The notes under the pieces: model-generated | The model's database searches: none | What the model was told of the DNA's origin: nothing | Seen by the model: only the letters and a program-made list of their open reading frames with translations | Shown: positions 21,012 through 31,426 of the stretch, piece after piece | How the letters are laid out: each line of letters starts with the position of its first letter | Numbering within the stretch: position 1 is the stretch's first letter | Made by a program: the position numbers and the translations under genes | DNA from: a virus | Lineage: Duplodnaviria; Caudoviricetes | IMG/VR virus record: IMGVR_UViG_3300043466_000797 | Span: 1-58,213 of that record | Reading direction: 5' to 3' (one strand) | DNA: 58,213 bases

Positions 21012-21432
21012 TGTCGGAACACCAGAAATTATTAATGGTATTGTTGTTGATAAATTTTTAATTGATAGGTGGCCAAATGAATTTAGTGATTGCTGGATAG
21101 CAATTACTAAAAATAATAATAAAGATACTACCTTTCATTTGATAAAAAATAATAGATTCAATGAGGGATCTATAGAAAATACTGATCACATTTCTGATTC
21201 TATATGTAATATTACATATAATAAATTTTACAGATATACATCAATATATACCATTGATGAGTATAGAAATCATGGAATTGCATATTTACTAGCCAGGTGG
21301 GTAAGAACATGGGTGGCTAAAAATTTAGGAATACAGATTCAGATGCCATATCCTCAAGAACGTGTTCCTCAAACACAAAAATTCATAGAGGACTGGAAAG
21401 AACGGTATAATGATATTACTACAAAAATATAA
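21004..21432 (+). CDS. GNAT-like acetyltransferase
   Basis: IYTIDEYRNHGIA resembles GNAT motif A. Confidence 0.45.
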   Translation: MNNVGTPEIINGIVVDKFLIDRWPNEFSDCWIAITKNNNKDTTFHLIKNNRFNEGSIENTDHISDSICNITYNKFYRYTSIYTIDEYRNHGIAYLLARWVRTWVAKNLGIQIQMPYPQERVPQTQKFIEDWKERYNDITTKI

Positions 21433-21454
21433 CTTATAGTATAATGGAGGTATT

Positions 21455-21700
21455 ATGAACGAAGAAGTATTAAGCGCAGAAGATAGATCTCATATCATAC
21501 GCCAATTTATTAGAAATTTAGTATACTCAAGATATAATGTTGAGATATCTTTAATTGCTGAGAATGCTGTAAGTAGTCCAAATCAAAATAATATCGATTC
21601 TTTTAGTATGCAGTTACAAGAAGCCGATGAAAAAATAGCAGCATTGCAAGAGGAATTAGCAGAAGTAGAAGCAGAATTAGCGACGATTGAAGGAGTATAG
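21455..21700 (+). CDS. small helical protein, paralogue of 20790-21011
   Basis: GGAGG RBS; similarity visible by eye. Confidence 0.65.
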   Translation: MNEEVLSAEDRSHIIRQFIRNLVYSRYNVEISLIAENAVSSPNQNNIDSFSMQLQEADEKIAALQEELAEVEAELATIEGV

Positions 21701-21867
21701 TGTCCAGCACACTTGAATTAGTTGTACAAGAACTACAAAATAGAATTGGTCAGATCACTTCTCAGTATGAAGTACAAATGGCAGTTCTTAAGGCTCAAGC
21801 AACTGAAGAAATTCAAAAAAGAGATGAGAGAATCAGCGAACTTGAGTCTCCATCTGACGGAGGCTGA
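21700..21867 (+). CDS. 55-aa coiled-coil protein (not in ORF track)
   Basis: AGGAG RBS, GTG start, MSSTLELVVQELQNRIGQ...; fills gap. Confidence 0.7.
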   Translation: MSSTLELVVQELQNRIGQITSQYEVQMAVLKAQATEEIQKRDERISELESPSDGG

Positions 21868-21869
21868 AA

Positions 21870-22268
21870 TTGTCAGCAATAAATGAAGCATATGCGCGTA
21901 TCGACTTTGCCACAATTCAGGAGTTGAAGAATAAGATCAATGATCTAGAGCGTAGGATTCCAACAGAACCTATTGCTAAAGTTCGTAATGAAGATTTATC
22001 AATCAAAGACACTAAGTTCTTTGCCACCGCGATACCAATTCCAAGTGGATCTTCAAACTCCATAAAGGTTAATTTTGGTAGTGGAACATTTTCTTCATGG
22101 CCTGTAGTTACAGCAACATTATATGATCCTACTGGATCAAGTGGTGATAATGAATTGCCTAGTTTAATGATGAGAGATATTTCTAGACTTTCTGTAACAG
22201 TTGATCTCAGAAGAAAAACAAAAAAGAGACTAGTTCTACACGTTATTGCTGTAGGCGAAGATGGATAG
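21870..22268 (+). CDS. hypothetical protein (possible virion protein)
   Basis: 132-aa ORF; GGAGG RBS. Confidence 0.55.
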   Translation: MSAINEAYARIDFATIQELKNKINDLERRIPTEPIAKVRNEDLSIKDTKFFATAIPIPSGSSNSIKVNFGSGTFSSWPVVTATLYDPTGSSGDNELPSLMMRDISRLSVTVDLRRKTKKRLVLHVIAVGEDG

Positions 22269-22528
22269 TGTCTTATAAGCCTATTTTAGATTGGCAAAAA
22301 AGAAATAAAAAAGTAAAAGATGGATACATTATTGTATGGACTCCAGAGCATCCCAAGTGCTTTGGAGGAGGATGGTATTACGAACACCGCCTTGTTATGG
22401 AAAAGAAATATTGTAGAATATTAAAGGACTGGGAAACGGTCCATCACATTAATGCTGACAAAGAATGCAATGAAGAGTATAATCTTTTTGTATGTACACG
22501 CGCCCAGCATATGAAGGCGCATAAATAG
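22268..22528 (+). CDS. HNH endonuclease (HNH_3-like)
   Basis: EHRLVME...VHHIN.DK..N...NL...H motif. Confidence 0.85.
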   Translation: MSYKPILDWQKRNKKVKDGYIIVWTPEHPKCFGGGWYYEHRLVMEKKYCRILKDWETVHHINADKECNEEYNLFVCTRAQHMKAHK

Positions 22529-22539
22529 ATAGGAATTTT

Positions 22540-23295
22540 ATGAATAACGACCTAAAGTGGATGATGGTTTCAGATGTTCACTTCCCTAGACATGACCCGC
22601 GTAAGGTTGATCTTTTTCTAAAGGTAATGAAATGGTTTAAGCCAGACGCAGTAGACTTGCTTGGTGATATTGACGACGCAGATTCCACTAGTAGGTGGGC
22701 GGCAGACAAGCCGTTAGAAATGTCAATATCTATAGATGATGGAGGAGTTCGTGAGACAAAGCAGTTCCTTAAAGATATCAGGAAGATCGTACCCAATGCT
22801 GATTGTCATTTTCACGATGGGAATCATGGCTGGACTCGCCACGGCGAGTACCTTGCTAAGAAAGCGCCACAGTTCCTTGAAATAGTAACGGCAGATACAC
22901 TATATGATTATTCTAATGCCGGATTTGAATGGCATAATTGGAACGAGCCTCCTGTTCAAAGATTTGGAGATATGTATGGTCATCATGGAGAATCTATCTC
23001 TAAGCACGCTGGAGAGTCAGTTCGTAATGACGTAAATAACTGGGGCGTGTCTCTAGTGCGTGGTCATTCACATAGAATGGGTGCGTACTTCCAGACATAT
23101 AATCTTTCTGGTCAAGAATTACGCGGGTATGAAATTGGGCATCTTTGTGATGAAGATCAGATGGATTATTCTATTCAAAAGAACTGGCAGGCAGGGTTTG
23201 CTGTAGCACATGTTGTTAATGATTACCCACATATGCAATTAATTCAGATACATGATTATACATGTGTAGTAGATGGGAAAGTATTTACTTCATGA
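22540..23295 (+). CDS. calcineurin-like metallophosphoesterase
   Basis: SDVH, GD.DD, GNH, HG, GHSH motifs. Confidence 0.9.
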   Translation: MNNDLKWMMVSDVHFPRHDPRKVDLFLKVMKWFKPDAVDLLGDIDDADSTSRWAADKPLEMSISIDDGGVRETKQFLKDIRKIVPNADCHFHDGNHGWTRHGEYLAKKAPQFLEIVTADTLYDYSNAGFEWHNWNEPPVQRFGDMYGHHGESISKHAGESVRNDVNNWGVSLVRGHSHRMGAYFQTYNLSGQELRGYEIGHLCDEDQMDYSIQKNWQAGFAVAHVVNDYPHMQLIQIHDYTCVVDGKVFTS

Positions 23296-23468
23296 TGTTT
23301 CATAAAAAATGTAATGGTGGTAATGTTTTCATTGATAGAGTATTTTCTCACGAACTTAGAATGGAACTATTCTGCCTTAGATGTGGCAAGAGATGGTTTA
23401 TTAAAAGAGACAAGGGCGCACTTGGTAAATGGCTAAGTCATCAAGAATTAGAAAAGGTAGTTCGTTAA
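23292..23468 (+). CDS. zinc-ribbon protein
   Basis: HKKC...CLRCGKRW; ATG overlaps upstream stop. Confidence 0.6.
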   Translation: MMFHKKCNGGNVFIDRVFSHELRMELFCLRCGKRWFIKRDKGALGKWLSHQELEKVVR

Positions 23469-23941
23469 GATTCTTTTTCATCAATGGTCAGCATCATAGA
23501 GTATTGAGATTAAGTCGTGCTGAAGATTTAATAACAGCGTGGAATTATGAAGAACATCGTCGCGTTAGTTATATATGGTCTGTAGCAAAACAAAATATGC
23601 AAAAAGCATTTACTATGAAACAAGTCTCAAAGATGTTTGATAGAGATCCATTAATGATTCATGAATACATTAAAGAGGGAAAGATAAGACGACCTAAACA
23701 AGCGTATTCCCTTGAAACAAAAGCACCAAGTAAATTTTTATTTAGTGAAGATGATTTAAGAGATTTACACTCATATCTCTTAACTGTACATCGTGGTCGT
23801 CCAAGAAACGATGGTCAGATAACTAATACTAAGTTGATGAGTAGGGCAGAGTTAGAAGCAATGATAAGGCAAGAAACAGTCTTATATACTAAAGATAATA
23901 GCGGCGAATATGTTCCCGTATGGAAACAGCCAGATTGGTAG
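23429..23941 (+). CDS. helix-turn-helix DNA-binding protein (MerR/excisionase-like)
   Basis: FTMKQVSKMF.R....I..YIKEGKI..P...FSEDDL. Confidence 0.6.
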   Translation: MAKSSRIRKGSSLRFFFINGQHHRVLRLSRAEDLITAWNYEEHRRVSYIWSVAKQNMQKAFTMKQVSKMFDRDPLMIHEYIKEGKIRRPKQAYSLETKAPSKFLFSEDDLRDLHSYLLTVHRGRPRNDGQITNTKLMSRAELEAMIRQETVLYTKDNSGEYVPVWKQPDW

Positions 23942-23944
23942 ATA

Positions 23945-24184
23945 ATGGGTAAAAAAAAGAAAGAAGAAGAGCCACTAGTTTTAGATCAGGATGGTATACT
24001 CAATGAGTGTGCTACATCTTTAATGGCAGCATTTGACTTTGCGATTGAGCATAGGGATGTTGATTCTATGCTGGCAGTTTCAGATAGGTGGCTTAGGTTA
24101 TATGCCATGCTCTCCCAGTTTGAAGAAGAAGGAAGTTCTGAACAACTAAAGTTAGGATTTATTGATGACAACCCACAATCATGA
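23945..24184 (+). CDS. hypothetical protein
   Basis: ORF in operon. Confidence 0.6.
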   Translation: MGKKKKEEEPLVLDQDGILNECATSLMAAFDFAIEHRDVDSMLAVSDRWLRLYAMLSQFEEEGSSEQLKLGFIDDNPQS

Positions 24185-24383
24185 ATCAACAAATGTTAGA
24201 GTTGAACTACAATTTGTAAGAAATCTTGGAAATTATGAGAGCCTTAGAGTATCTATCGGCGTGGAAGATTATGTTCGACAGGGAGAAACTGTTGACGCAG
24301 CAACCGATAGGGTGTATTCTTTTGTAGAAGAGAAGGTAATCGAAAAGGTTTCAGAAATTGAGAAGGAGTTGAAGAATGGCTAA
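24162..24383 (+). CDS. hypothetical protein
   Basis: ORF in operon; contains RNLGNYESLR. Confidence 0.65.
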   Translation: MMTTHNHESTNVRVELQFVRNLGNYESLRVSIGVEDYVRQGETVDAATDRVYSFVEEKVIEKVSEIEKELKNG

Positions 24384-24699
24384 GGCTGATACTAAACAGC
24401 CATATGCACTTCTAAGTCTTTATGAAAAACTGTATTCTGACAAATACAATAAGATTGCCCGACTTAACAAGTTTAAGGAAAAGTGGGCCATGCAAGATGT
24501 TATTGAATCAGTCGGCTATGACAGGGCGAGAGAATTGCTTGAGTATTATTTCCGTGTTACTAAGCAGGGGCATCCACTTCAATGGTTCTTCTATAATTTC
24601 GACAGATTAGATGACATGCTGCTACAATCAAACGAGGATGCTCGTCGTCGCCAAAAGTTGCGAGAGGCTACTAAGAAAATGGTGGAGGAAAGTTCATGA
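24376..24699 (+). CDS. hypothetical protein (pre-helicase)
   Basis: AGGAG RBS; coupled to helicase gene. Confidence 0.65.
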   Translation: MAKADTKQPYALLSLYEKLYSDKYNKIARLNKFKEKWAMQDVIESVGYDRARELLEYYFRVTKQGHPLQWFFYNFDRLDDMLLQSNEDARRRQKLREATKKMVEESS

Positions 24700-25922
24700 A
24701 TACAGAAGCAGCAGTAATTACATCAGTATGTCAGAACAAAGATATTGCTACTATCTTAGCAGATAATGTTGATGATATTTTCCAGTCTCACCGCGATGTT
24801 TGGGAAGGTCTAAAGTCTTATTATTACAAGTTTAAGTCTGTACCAGATGCCAATGTCCTTCAGGAAAAGTTTAGAGATTTTGAGCCTGTTAAGGTAACTG
24901 CTGAGACTGGGTACTATCTTGATCAACTAAAGAATGAATATCTTGCATCTCGTATGCGTAATTTACTCATGAAGAGTGGATCATCACTAAAAGAAAATGC
25001 TGCCGCTAGGGTTCTTGCAGATATGCAATCAGAAATTGCATCTCTTTCAAGGCTCACCAATAATGTGCGCGACGTTGATCTGACAGATTACGAACTTGCA
25101 GAAAAGCATATTATTGCTGTTCAAGAACGCTCTGCTGTAATGGGTGGTAGCCCAGGCATTAAGACGGGCTTCACGGCACTAGATTTAGCCTACCCTACTG
25201 GTATGGCACCTGGACATTTAATTGTTGCTATCGGCTGGCCTGGACGCGGTAAGACATGGCTCACAGCGTATCTTGCTTGCAAAGCGTGGGAGCAGGGATT
25301 CAAGCCTATGATTGTTTCTCTAGAGATGAGTCCAGAGAATATGCGTGACCGTATTTATACTATGCTTGGAAGCGGAATGTTTAGAGCCTCCGACTTTTCC
25401 CGTGGCAATATTAACATTGATGACTTCCACAATTGGGCAAAGAAGCGTTTTGATGATAAGAATAGTTTTATTCTAGTATCTAACGAGGGGACAAATGAAG
25501 TTACACCGCAGACAGTACAGGGTAAAATCGATCAGCATCGCCCCGACCTTGTTATCTTGGATTATCACCAGTTGTTTAATGATACTAAGCGATCTAATTC
25601 TGAAGTTGAGCGGAACCGTAATATCTCGCGGGAATTCAAACTATTAGCCGTTCGTAATAATATCCCCGTCATTGATATTACAGCAGCCACAATGGACGAT
25701 GTATCAGATCAAGATTCACCACCACTACTATCACAGGTAGCATGGTCAAAGGCTATTGAATATGATGCTGATATGGCAATGGCTGTACATCGTCATCCAG
25801 ATACAAATATCATTGAAGTCGTTAGCCGAAAGAACCGTCATGGAACAGAATTTGCATTCTATCTAGACTGGGATATTGATCGCGGAGTAGTAAAAGAGAT
25901 CTATGACGATGTACCCGTTTGA
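24696..25922 (+). CDS. dnaB: DnaB-like replicative helicase
   Basis: Walker A GWPGRGKT, SLEM, LVILDY, IEYDAD, KNRHG. Confidence 0.92.
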   Translation: MNTEAAVITSVCQNKDIATILADNVDDIFQSHRDVWEGLKSYYYKFKSVPDANVLQEKFRDFEPVKVTAETGYYLDQLKNEYLASRMRNLLMKSGSSLKENAAARVLADMQSEIASLSRLTNNVRDVDLTDYELAEKHIIAVQERSAVMGGSPGIKTGFTALDLAYPTGMAPGHLIVAIGWPGRGKTWLTAYLACKAWEQGFKPMIVSLEMSPENMRDRIYTMLGSGMFRASDFSRGNINIDDFHNWAKKRFDDKNSFILVSNEGTNEVTPQTVQGKIDQHRPDLVILDYHQLFNDTKRSNSEVERNRNISREFKLLAVRNNIPVIDITAATMDDVSDQDSPPLLSQVAWSKAIEYDADMAMAVHRHPDTNIIEVVSRKNRHGTEFAFYLDWDIDRGVVKEIYDDVPV

Positions 25923-25947
25923 TGATATAATGATTTCAGGTATCATC

Positions 25948-26226
25948 ATGGGTAAAAAAATGAAAAGTTTTGGCATTAGTGGTCAAATAAACGATGACTC
26001 ATCTATCCCAAGACTAAGACAAGAATATCAATATCTTATGGAACAAGATATGAGAAGTCAGGGCTACGTCCCCATGCTAGACCTTGACGTACAATTCTGG
26101 TTAGACTATAATGAAGAACAAGACATATACAATTTTGAGATAGTATTATATGGAGTGTATGTCGGTAAAAAGAAAGCCTATCAGTATGAAGGCTTCTCAG
26201 GACAGTCCTTGATACCTAAGCAATAA
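25948..26226 (+). CDS. hypothetical protein
   Basis: ORF; start placed after TGATATAAT at 25923-25931. Confidence 0.6.
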   Translation: MGKKMKSFGISGQINDDSSIPRLRQEYQYLMEQDMRSQGYVPMLDLDVQFWLDYNEEQDIYNFEIVLYGVYVGKKKAYQYEGFSGQSLIPKQ

Positions 26227-26234
26227 GGAAGCAA

Positions 26235-27194
26235 ATGCTCTTGGAAACTTACAGCCCCTCGCACATGCGAGCAATAGTAAGGCAACTTGGCCTGCACGTT
26301 GTAAGCGAAACATCTAATGACTTTTTATGCTTATGTCCATTCCATGGCAATAGGCATACACCATCATTTTCTGTAAGCCATCAGAAGGGCTTATATCTAT
26401 GCTTTAATCCATCATGTGGAGCCAGCGGAACTATTGTTGAGTTAGTAAAAAATATTACACATCGTAATGAATTTGAGGCATTAAGATTTATTATTTCTGC
26501 ACAGCAGACTGCACAGGAAAATTTCGAAGAAGAACTTGCAGAAATTCTAGACGAAAAGCCTGAGTACTCCGACTTTGACCAGAATGTCTTAGATCGCCTG
26601 CACTCCCAGATAAATGATAGATCTAGAGAATATCTAAATGGGCGCGGTATAAATGATGAATCAATAGAGCACTTTAAACTTGGATATTCTGCAAGCCAAG
26701 ACATGGTAATTGTTCCAGTACATTCACCAGATGGAATTCCAGTAGGTCTTGTAGGTAGATCAATAGAGGGTAAGTCTTTTAAAAATAGTACAGGGCTGCC
26801 AAGAAACAAGACTATGTTTAATATTCATCGTGCCAAAAGAATGGGCGGGACTGCCATCATAGTAGAGTCCTCCTTTGATGCTATTAGAGTACATCAGTCT
26901 GGATATCCAAATGTTGTTGCTACTCTAGGAGGCTCCATGTCAAAGATAAATCTTAGTAATCTTAATAGAAACTTTAGTAAGATTATCATCATGACTGATG
27001 CTGACGAGGCGGGAAGAAGCCTTGGGAAACTCATAGCAAATACATTAAAGACAAAAGAAGTCTTGTGGGCACACTACTCAAATGATATTCTATATCCACA
27101 TGATGCGAAAGATGTTGGGGATATGACAGAAGAAGAGATTAGAACTTGTATAGAAAATTCCCTTGCAGACTACGAATACAGAATGGTACAATAG
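26235..27194 (+). CDS. dnaG: DNA primase (CHC2 zinc finger + TOPRIM)
   Basis: CPFH...C...C; IVES.FDA; D.D.AG; KD.GD. Confidence 0.9.
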   Translation: MLLETYSPSHMRAIVRQLGLHVVSETSNDFLCLCPFHGNRHTPSFSVSHQKGLYLCFNPSCGASGTIVELVKNITHRNEFEALRFIISAQQTAQENFEEELAEILDEKPEYSDFDQNVLDRLHSQINDRSREYLNGRGINDESIEHFKLGYSASQDMVIVPVHSPDGIPVGLVGRSIEGKSFKNSTGLPRNKTMFNIHRAKRMGGTAIIVESSFDAIRVHQSGYPNVVATLGGSMSKINLSNLNRNFSKIIIMTDADEAGRSLGKLIANTLKTKEVLWAHYSNDILYPHDAKDVGDMTEEEIRTCIENSLADYEYRMVQ

Positions 27195-27238
27195 TTATAC
27201 AGGGCATAATATAGCCCAATATATATAGGAGATATACA

Positions 27239-27904
27239 ATGGGATTAGTAAAAGGTCTTAAGGCCATGAACCAAACAATTGATCGCCCCGCTGCTTCTTC
27301 AGACGGTCCTCGCGGTCGCTGGCTAAAGTTAAACGATGGTCAGAGTGTAAAGATTAAGTTTCTTCAGGAACTAGATCCTGATTCACCAAATTATAGCGAT
27401 AAGGCTGGATTAGCATTTATTGCTGTTGAGCATACCAACCCATCCGATTACCGTCGCAAGGCTCTCTGTAGCATTGAAGACCAGGGTCGTTGCTTTGGAT
27501 GCGAGATGCATCGTCGTGACCCAAAGGCTGGTTGGAAGGGTCGTAGCCGACTCTACTGCAACATCCTTGTAAACGATGGTAATGAAGATCCATACGTTGC
27601 AATTTTCTCTCAGGGTACTGGCCCCAAGTCAGCCACACCTGAGATTATCCAGTACGCTGGAGAAACTGGAAGTATCACTTCCAACACCTGGCGATTGAAG
27701 CGCACAGGAGAGCGTACCGATACAAACTACAGCATCATTCCATTACCTACGGATTCAGATCCAGTAGATATTGACGAACTAGAACTGTTCGATCTTGAGA
27801 AGATCGCAGTTCGTGACGTTCCTTACGATGAGCAAGAAGGCTTCTATACAGGCGTTTCTGGTGGAGAAGATAGCGGTTCATCATCATCAAATGTTGAATG
27901 GTAA
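27239..27904 (+). CDS. single-stranded DNA-binding protein (gp32-like)
   Basis: WLKL.DG...KFL, Cys/His Zn ligands, acidic tail; between primase and polymerase; TGGTACAAT at 27184. Confidence 0.7.
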   Translation: MGLVKGLKAMNQTIDRPAASSDGPRGRWLKLNDGQSVKIKFLQELDPDSPNYSDKAGLAFIAVEHTNPSDYRRKALCSIEDQGRCFGCEMHRRDPKAGWKGRSRLYCNILVNDGNEDPYVAIFSQGTGPKSATPEIIQYAGETGSITSNTWRLKRTGERTDTNYSIIPLPTDSDPVDIDELELFDLEKIAVRDVPYDEQEGFYTGVSGGEDSGSSSSNVEW

Positions 27905-27920
27905 ATAGAAGTTATGTTAC

Positions 27921-27948
27921 GCTAGGGCGGTAGAAATACCGCCCTAGC
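27921..27948 (+). terminator. perfect 12-bp hairpin with GAAA loop between SSB and DnaE genes
   Basis: GCTAGGGCGGTA-GAAA-TACCGCCCTAGC; no U-tract. Confidence 0.55.
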
Positions 27949-27965
27949 AGCATTATAGGAGAAAA

Positions 27966-30900
27966 GTGACTGATTTAGTACATCTACATGTTCATAGCCA
28001 TTACAGTCTAATGGATGGCCTTTCCTCGCCAGCAGAATTGTTGTCAGCAGCGAAGGATCTAGGTCAGACGGCTCTTGCTGTGACTGACCACGGCACACTA
28101 TCTTCCCACCGCGATATGCAGAAGTCAGCACGCGAGGCGGGATTAAAGCCAATCCTAGGCGTAGAGGCTTATATCTCAGAGACAGACAGATTCGACAAGC
28201 GAGACATTAAGAGTCGTGACGACAATACTCAGGTATTCAACCACATCATCTTGCTTGCTAAGAATCAGGATGGGCTACAGAATCTTCAGAAGTTGTCTGA
28301 GTTAGCCTGGAATGAAGGTTTCTACCGTAAGCCGCGAATCGACTTTGAAGTGCTAAGTGATTATGGTGACGGCCTTGTGGTTCTTTCAGGATGCCTTAAT
28401 GGTCTTATCTCTAAAGCGATTCAGCGTGGGGATGAAGAGAAGGCACGAAACATGCTCAAGTGGTTTAAGAACCGTTTTGACGATGACTTCTATATGGAAG
28501 TGCAGCCGCATAATCCGCCAGAGATTAATCATCAGTTGCTTAACCTAGCAGATGAATACAAGATAAAGCCAGTCACTACCTCAGATTGCCATTTTGCGCG
28601 GGAAGATCAGAGAGCGGTAGAGGAAGCACTACTTATCCTTTCCACTAAGCCTAATATGAACAAAGATGCATCATACGCATCTGGAAAGCAGATTAAGGAC
28701 GTATTCGAAAGACTTAATCATCTTTACCCAGAACGTCCCATTTCTTTTGAGGGCTGGGATCTATTTATTCAGAATCGTCTGGACATTGATACTTGGTATA
28801 AGAATTCTGGAATTGATCGCACAGACATTTATGAAAGTACTCTAGAAATTGCTGATAAAGTTGGAGAGTATGAGTATTACGAAAATCTATCATTACTTCC
28901 CAAGCCAAAGAAAGATCCTAATGTTCAGTTAGCAGAGATGTGTGGATATGCTCTTATCGCTAAGGGTCTAGAGACTGAAGAATATATTAATAGACTTAAT
29001 GAAGAACTAGAGGTAATTAAGGACAAGGATTTTGCCTCTTACTTCCTAGTTGTTGCAGACATGATTCAGTATGCCAAGGGAAACGATATTCTAGTTGGCC
29101 CAGGAAGAGGCTCTGCAGCAGGGTCACTAGTTTGCTATCTATTGGGAATTACAGAGGTAGACCCAATTGAATATGATTTACTGTTTTTCCGATTTATTAA
29201 TCCAGAGCGCAATGACTTCCCCGATATCGATACAGACTTTATGGATAGGCGTCGTAACGAGGTTAAGGAGTATCTACGCAAAAAGTTTAAGAATGTTGCT
29301 AGTATCTCTACCTTCCAATATTTTAAGGATAAGGGTGTTGTTCGTGACGCCTCTCGCGTGTTTGCAGTACCTTTAGGAGATGTTAATAAGGCTCTTAAGG
29401 GAATCGAAACATGGGAGGACTTTGAATCGAATAAGAATACCCGATGGTTCCGTGACAAATACCCAGAAGTCACAGACTTGGCTGCAAAATTGCGTGGTCG
29501 CATTCGCGCAGTTGGTGTCCATGCAGCAGGAGTTGTAGTTGCTAAAGAGCCAATCTCAAAGTACGCTCCGATGGAAACTAGGAGTGACGCTAACGATAAG
29601 GTTAGTGGAAGGGTTCCAGTTATAGCCTATGACATGGAGCAGGCAGCAGATATTGGATTGATCAAACTAGATGCGCTAGGACTTAAGACTCTATCTGTAG
29701 TGAAAGATACTTTAGATATTATCAAAGATCGTCGCGGCAAGGATATTGATCTACATTCTATTTCATTAGACGATGAATTAGTTTACCAAGATCTGTCTAA
29801 TGGATTTACCAAGGGTGTATTCCAGGCAGAAGCAACTCCGTACACCAATCTGCTAATTAAAATGGGTGTAGAAAGATTTGAGGATCTTGTCGCTTCTAAT
29901 GCTCTAGTACGTCCTGGCGCTATGAATACTGTAGGAGCAGCGTACATTGCACGCAAGCAGGGGCGGGAACAAATTAAATACGTCCATGAGATCATGAAGC
30001 CATTTACTGAGCGTACATATGGTGTTATTATCTATCAGGAACAGGTTATGCAAGCCTGCGTCCACCTGGGAGGAATGACTTGGGCAGAGGCTGATAAGGT
30101 TCGTAAGATTATTGGCAAGAAGAAGGATGCCAAGGAGTTTGATGCATTCAAAGATAAGTTTATTTCAGGAGCAGTAAATCATATTAGTGCAGAGGATGCA
30201 GAACATCTATGGCACGACTTTGAGGCACACGCAGGATATTCATTTAATCGCTCCCACGCTGTTGCATATTCAATGTTGTCATACTGGACTGCATGGCTTA
30301 AGCATTACTATCCACTAGAGTTCATCTTTGCTATTCTTAAAAACGAGGGCGACAAGGATGCTAGAACAGAGTACTTGCTAGAGGCAAAGAGATTGAACCT
30401 AAAGGTTTTACTTCCTCATGTTAATGAATCTGACATAGATTTTAGTTTACAGGGAGATAGCATTAGATTCGGACTTGCAGATATTAAGTTTATTAGTGAA
30501 AGTATTAGCAATAAATTAATTGCAGCAAGGCCATTTAGTAATTACGCAGAGTTAATTGAATTTTCCCAGAAGAAGGGGAGTGGTGTTAACAGTCGTGCCA
30601 TTTCTGCACTTAACGCAATCGGTGGCGCGGCCTTCGATGATAATCCCCGTACTGGAAATGAATCTGAGAATTACTATGAGTATCTAAATATTCCTAAGTT
30701 TGACGTTAAGGGAATTACTCCGTATGTAAGATCACAAGTATCTCCACTAGAAGACTTTACAGAAGACGGTTGCTACGTTCTTCTTGCTATGGTTAAGTCA
30801 ATTAAGAAGGGGCAGGGATGGTCAAGAGTAGAATTGGTAGACGATACTGGAGCAATCGGGATCTTTCATTCCGAAAATACACAGATCGAAACAGGAAACA

Positions 30901-31241
30901 TGTACTTCTTCTTAGTAGGGGACAATCGAATTCATCGATATGTTACTATAGAGGACGTAGTTGATCGTAAGGCAGATCCCTTTATTGAATTCCTTTATAT
31001 GGAAGAAGTCCTTGCTGGAGAAGGAGAAAAGTTTATAGTAGATTTTACTAACTATAAAACAAAGGCTGGCAAGATGATGGCACACGTTATTGTGTCTAAT
31101 AAAGATAAAGAAATGCAGAGACTGATTGTGTTCCCCAAACTATATGCACAAGCATTAGGAAAGATGAAGTCGGGAACAATTGTTGATTTGCAAATAGGTA
31201 AAATGGAAGATGGAACACTAACAGTTAGGAATGTAGGATGA
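27966..31241 (+). CDS. dnaE: DNA polymerase III alpha subunit
   Basis: PHP HLHVHS.YS.MDG; GRGSAAGSLV; PDIDTD; HAAG; YSFNRSHA; C-terminal OB fold. Confidence 0.97.
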   Translation: MTDLVHLHVHSHYSLMDGLSSPAELLSAAKDLGQTALAVTDHGTLSSHRDMQKSAREAGLKPILGVEAYISETDRFDKRDIKSRDDNTQVFNHIILLAKNQDGLQNLQKLSELAWNEGFYRKPRIDFEVLSDYGDGLVVLSGCLNGLISKAIQRGDEEKARNMLKWFKNRFDDDFYMEVQPHNPPEINHQLLNLADEYKIKPVTTSDCHFAREDQRAVEEALLILSTKPNMNKDASYASGKQIKDVFERLNHLYPERPISFEGWDLFIQNRLDIDTWYKNSGIDRTDIYESTLEIADKVGEYEYYENLSLLPKPKKDPNVQLAEMCGYALIAKGLETEEYINRLNEELEVIKDKDFASYFLVVADMIQYAKGNDILVGPGRGSAAGSLVCYLLGITEVDPIEYDLLFFRFINPERNDFPDIDTDFMDRRRNEVKEYLRKKFKNVASISTFQYFKDKGVVRDASRVFAVPLGDVNKALKGIETWEDFESNKNTRWFRDKYPEVTDLAAKLRGRIRAVGVHAAGVVVAKEPISKYAPMETRSDANDKVSGRVPVIAYDMEQAADIGLIKLDALGLKTLSVVKDTLDIIKDRRGKDIDLHSISLDDELVYQDLSNGFTKGVFQAEATPYTNLLIKMGVERFEDLVASNALVRPGAMNTVGAAYIARKQGREQIKYVHEIMKPFTERTYGVIIYQEQVMQACVHLGGMTWAEADKVRKIIGKKKDAKEFDAFKDKFISGAVNHISAEDAEHLWHDFEAHAGYSFNRSHAVAYSMLSYWTAWLKHYYPLEFIFAILKNEGDKDARTEYLLEAKRLNLKVLLPHVNESDIDFSLQGDSIRFGLADIKFISESISNKLIAARPFSNYAELIEFSQKKGSGVNSRAISALNAIGGAAFDDNPRTGNESENYYEYLNIPKFDVKGITPYVRSQVSPLEDFTEDGCYVLLAMVKSIKKGQGWSRVELVDDTGAIGIFHSENTQIETGNMYFFLVGDNRIHRYVTIEDVVDRKADPFIEFLYMEEVLAGEGEKFIVDFTNYKTKAGKMMAHVIVSNKDKEMQRLIVFPKLYAQALGKMKSGTIVDLQIGKMEDGTLTVRNVG

Positions 31242-31426
31242 GTGAGCAGGCAGTAGATCTTAATCTAGGTAAAGTGCTTATGGCTATTCTTAAAAGATAT
31301 AAGAAAGTAGAAGTAAGTCCACAAGCACTACTAGAAGAAGTAGATGAAAACTATCAATTAAGAATTGATTTTAATGACGAGACAGAGATGTTTGAGATAA
31401 CATTGGAGGAGACAGATGAATCTTGA
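31238..31426 (+). CDS. hypothetical protein
   Basis: Coupled ORF. Confidence 0.6.
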   Translation: MSEQAVDLNLGKVLMAILKRYKKVEVSPQALLEEVDENYQLRIDFNDETEMFEITLEETDES

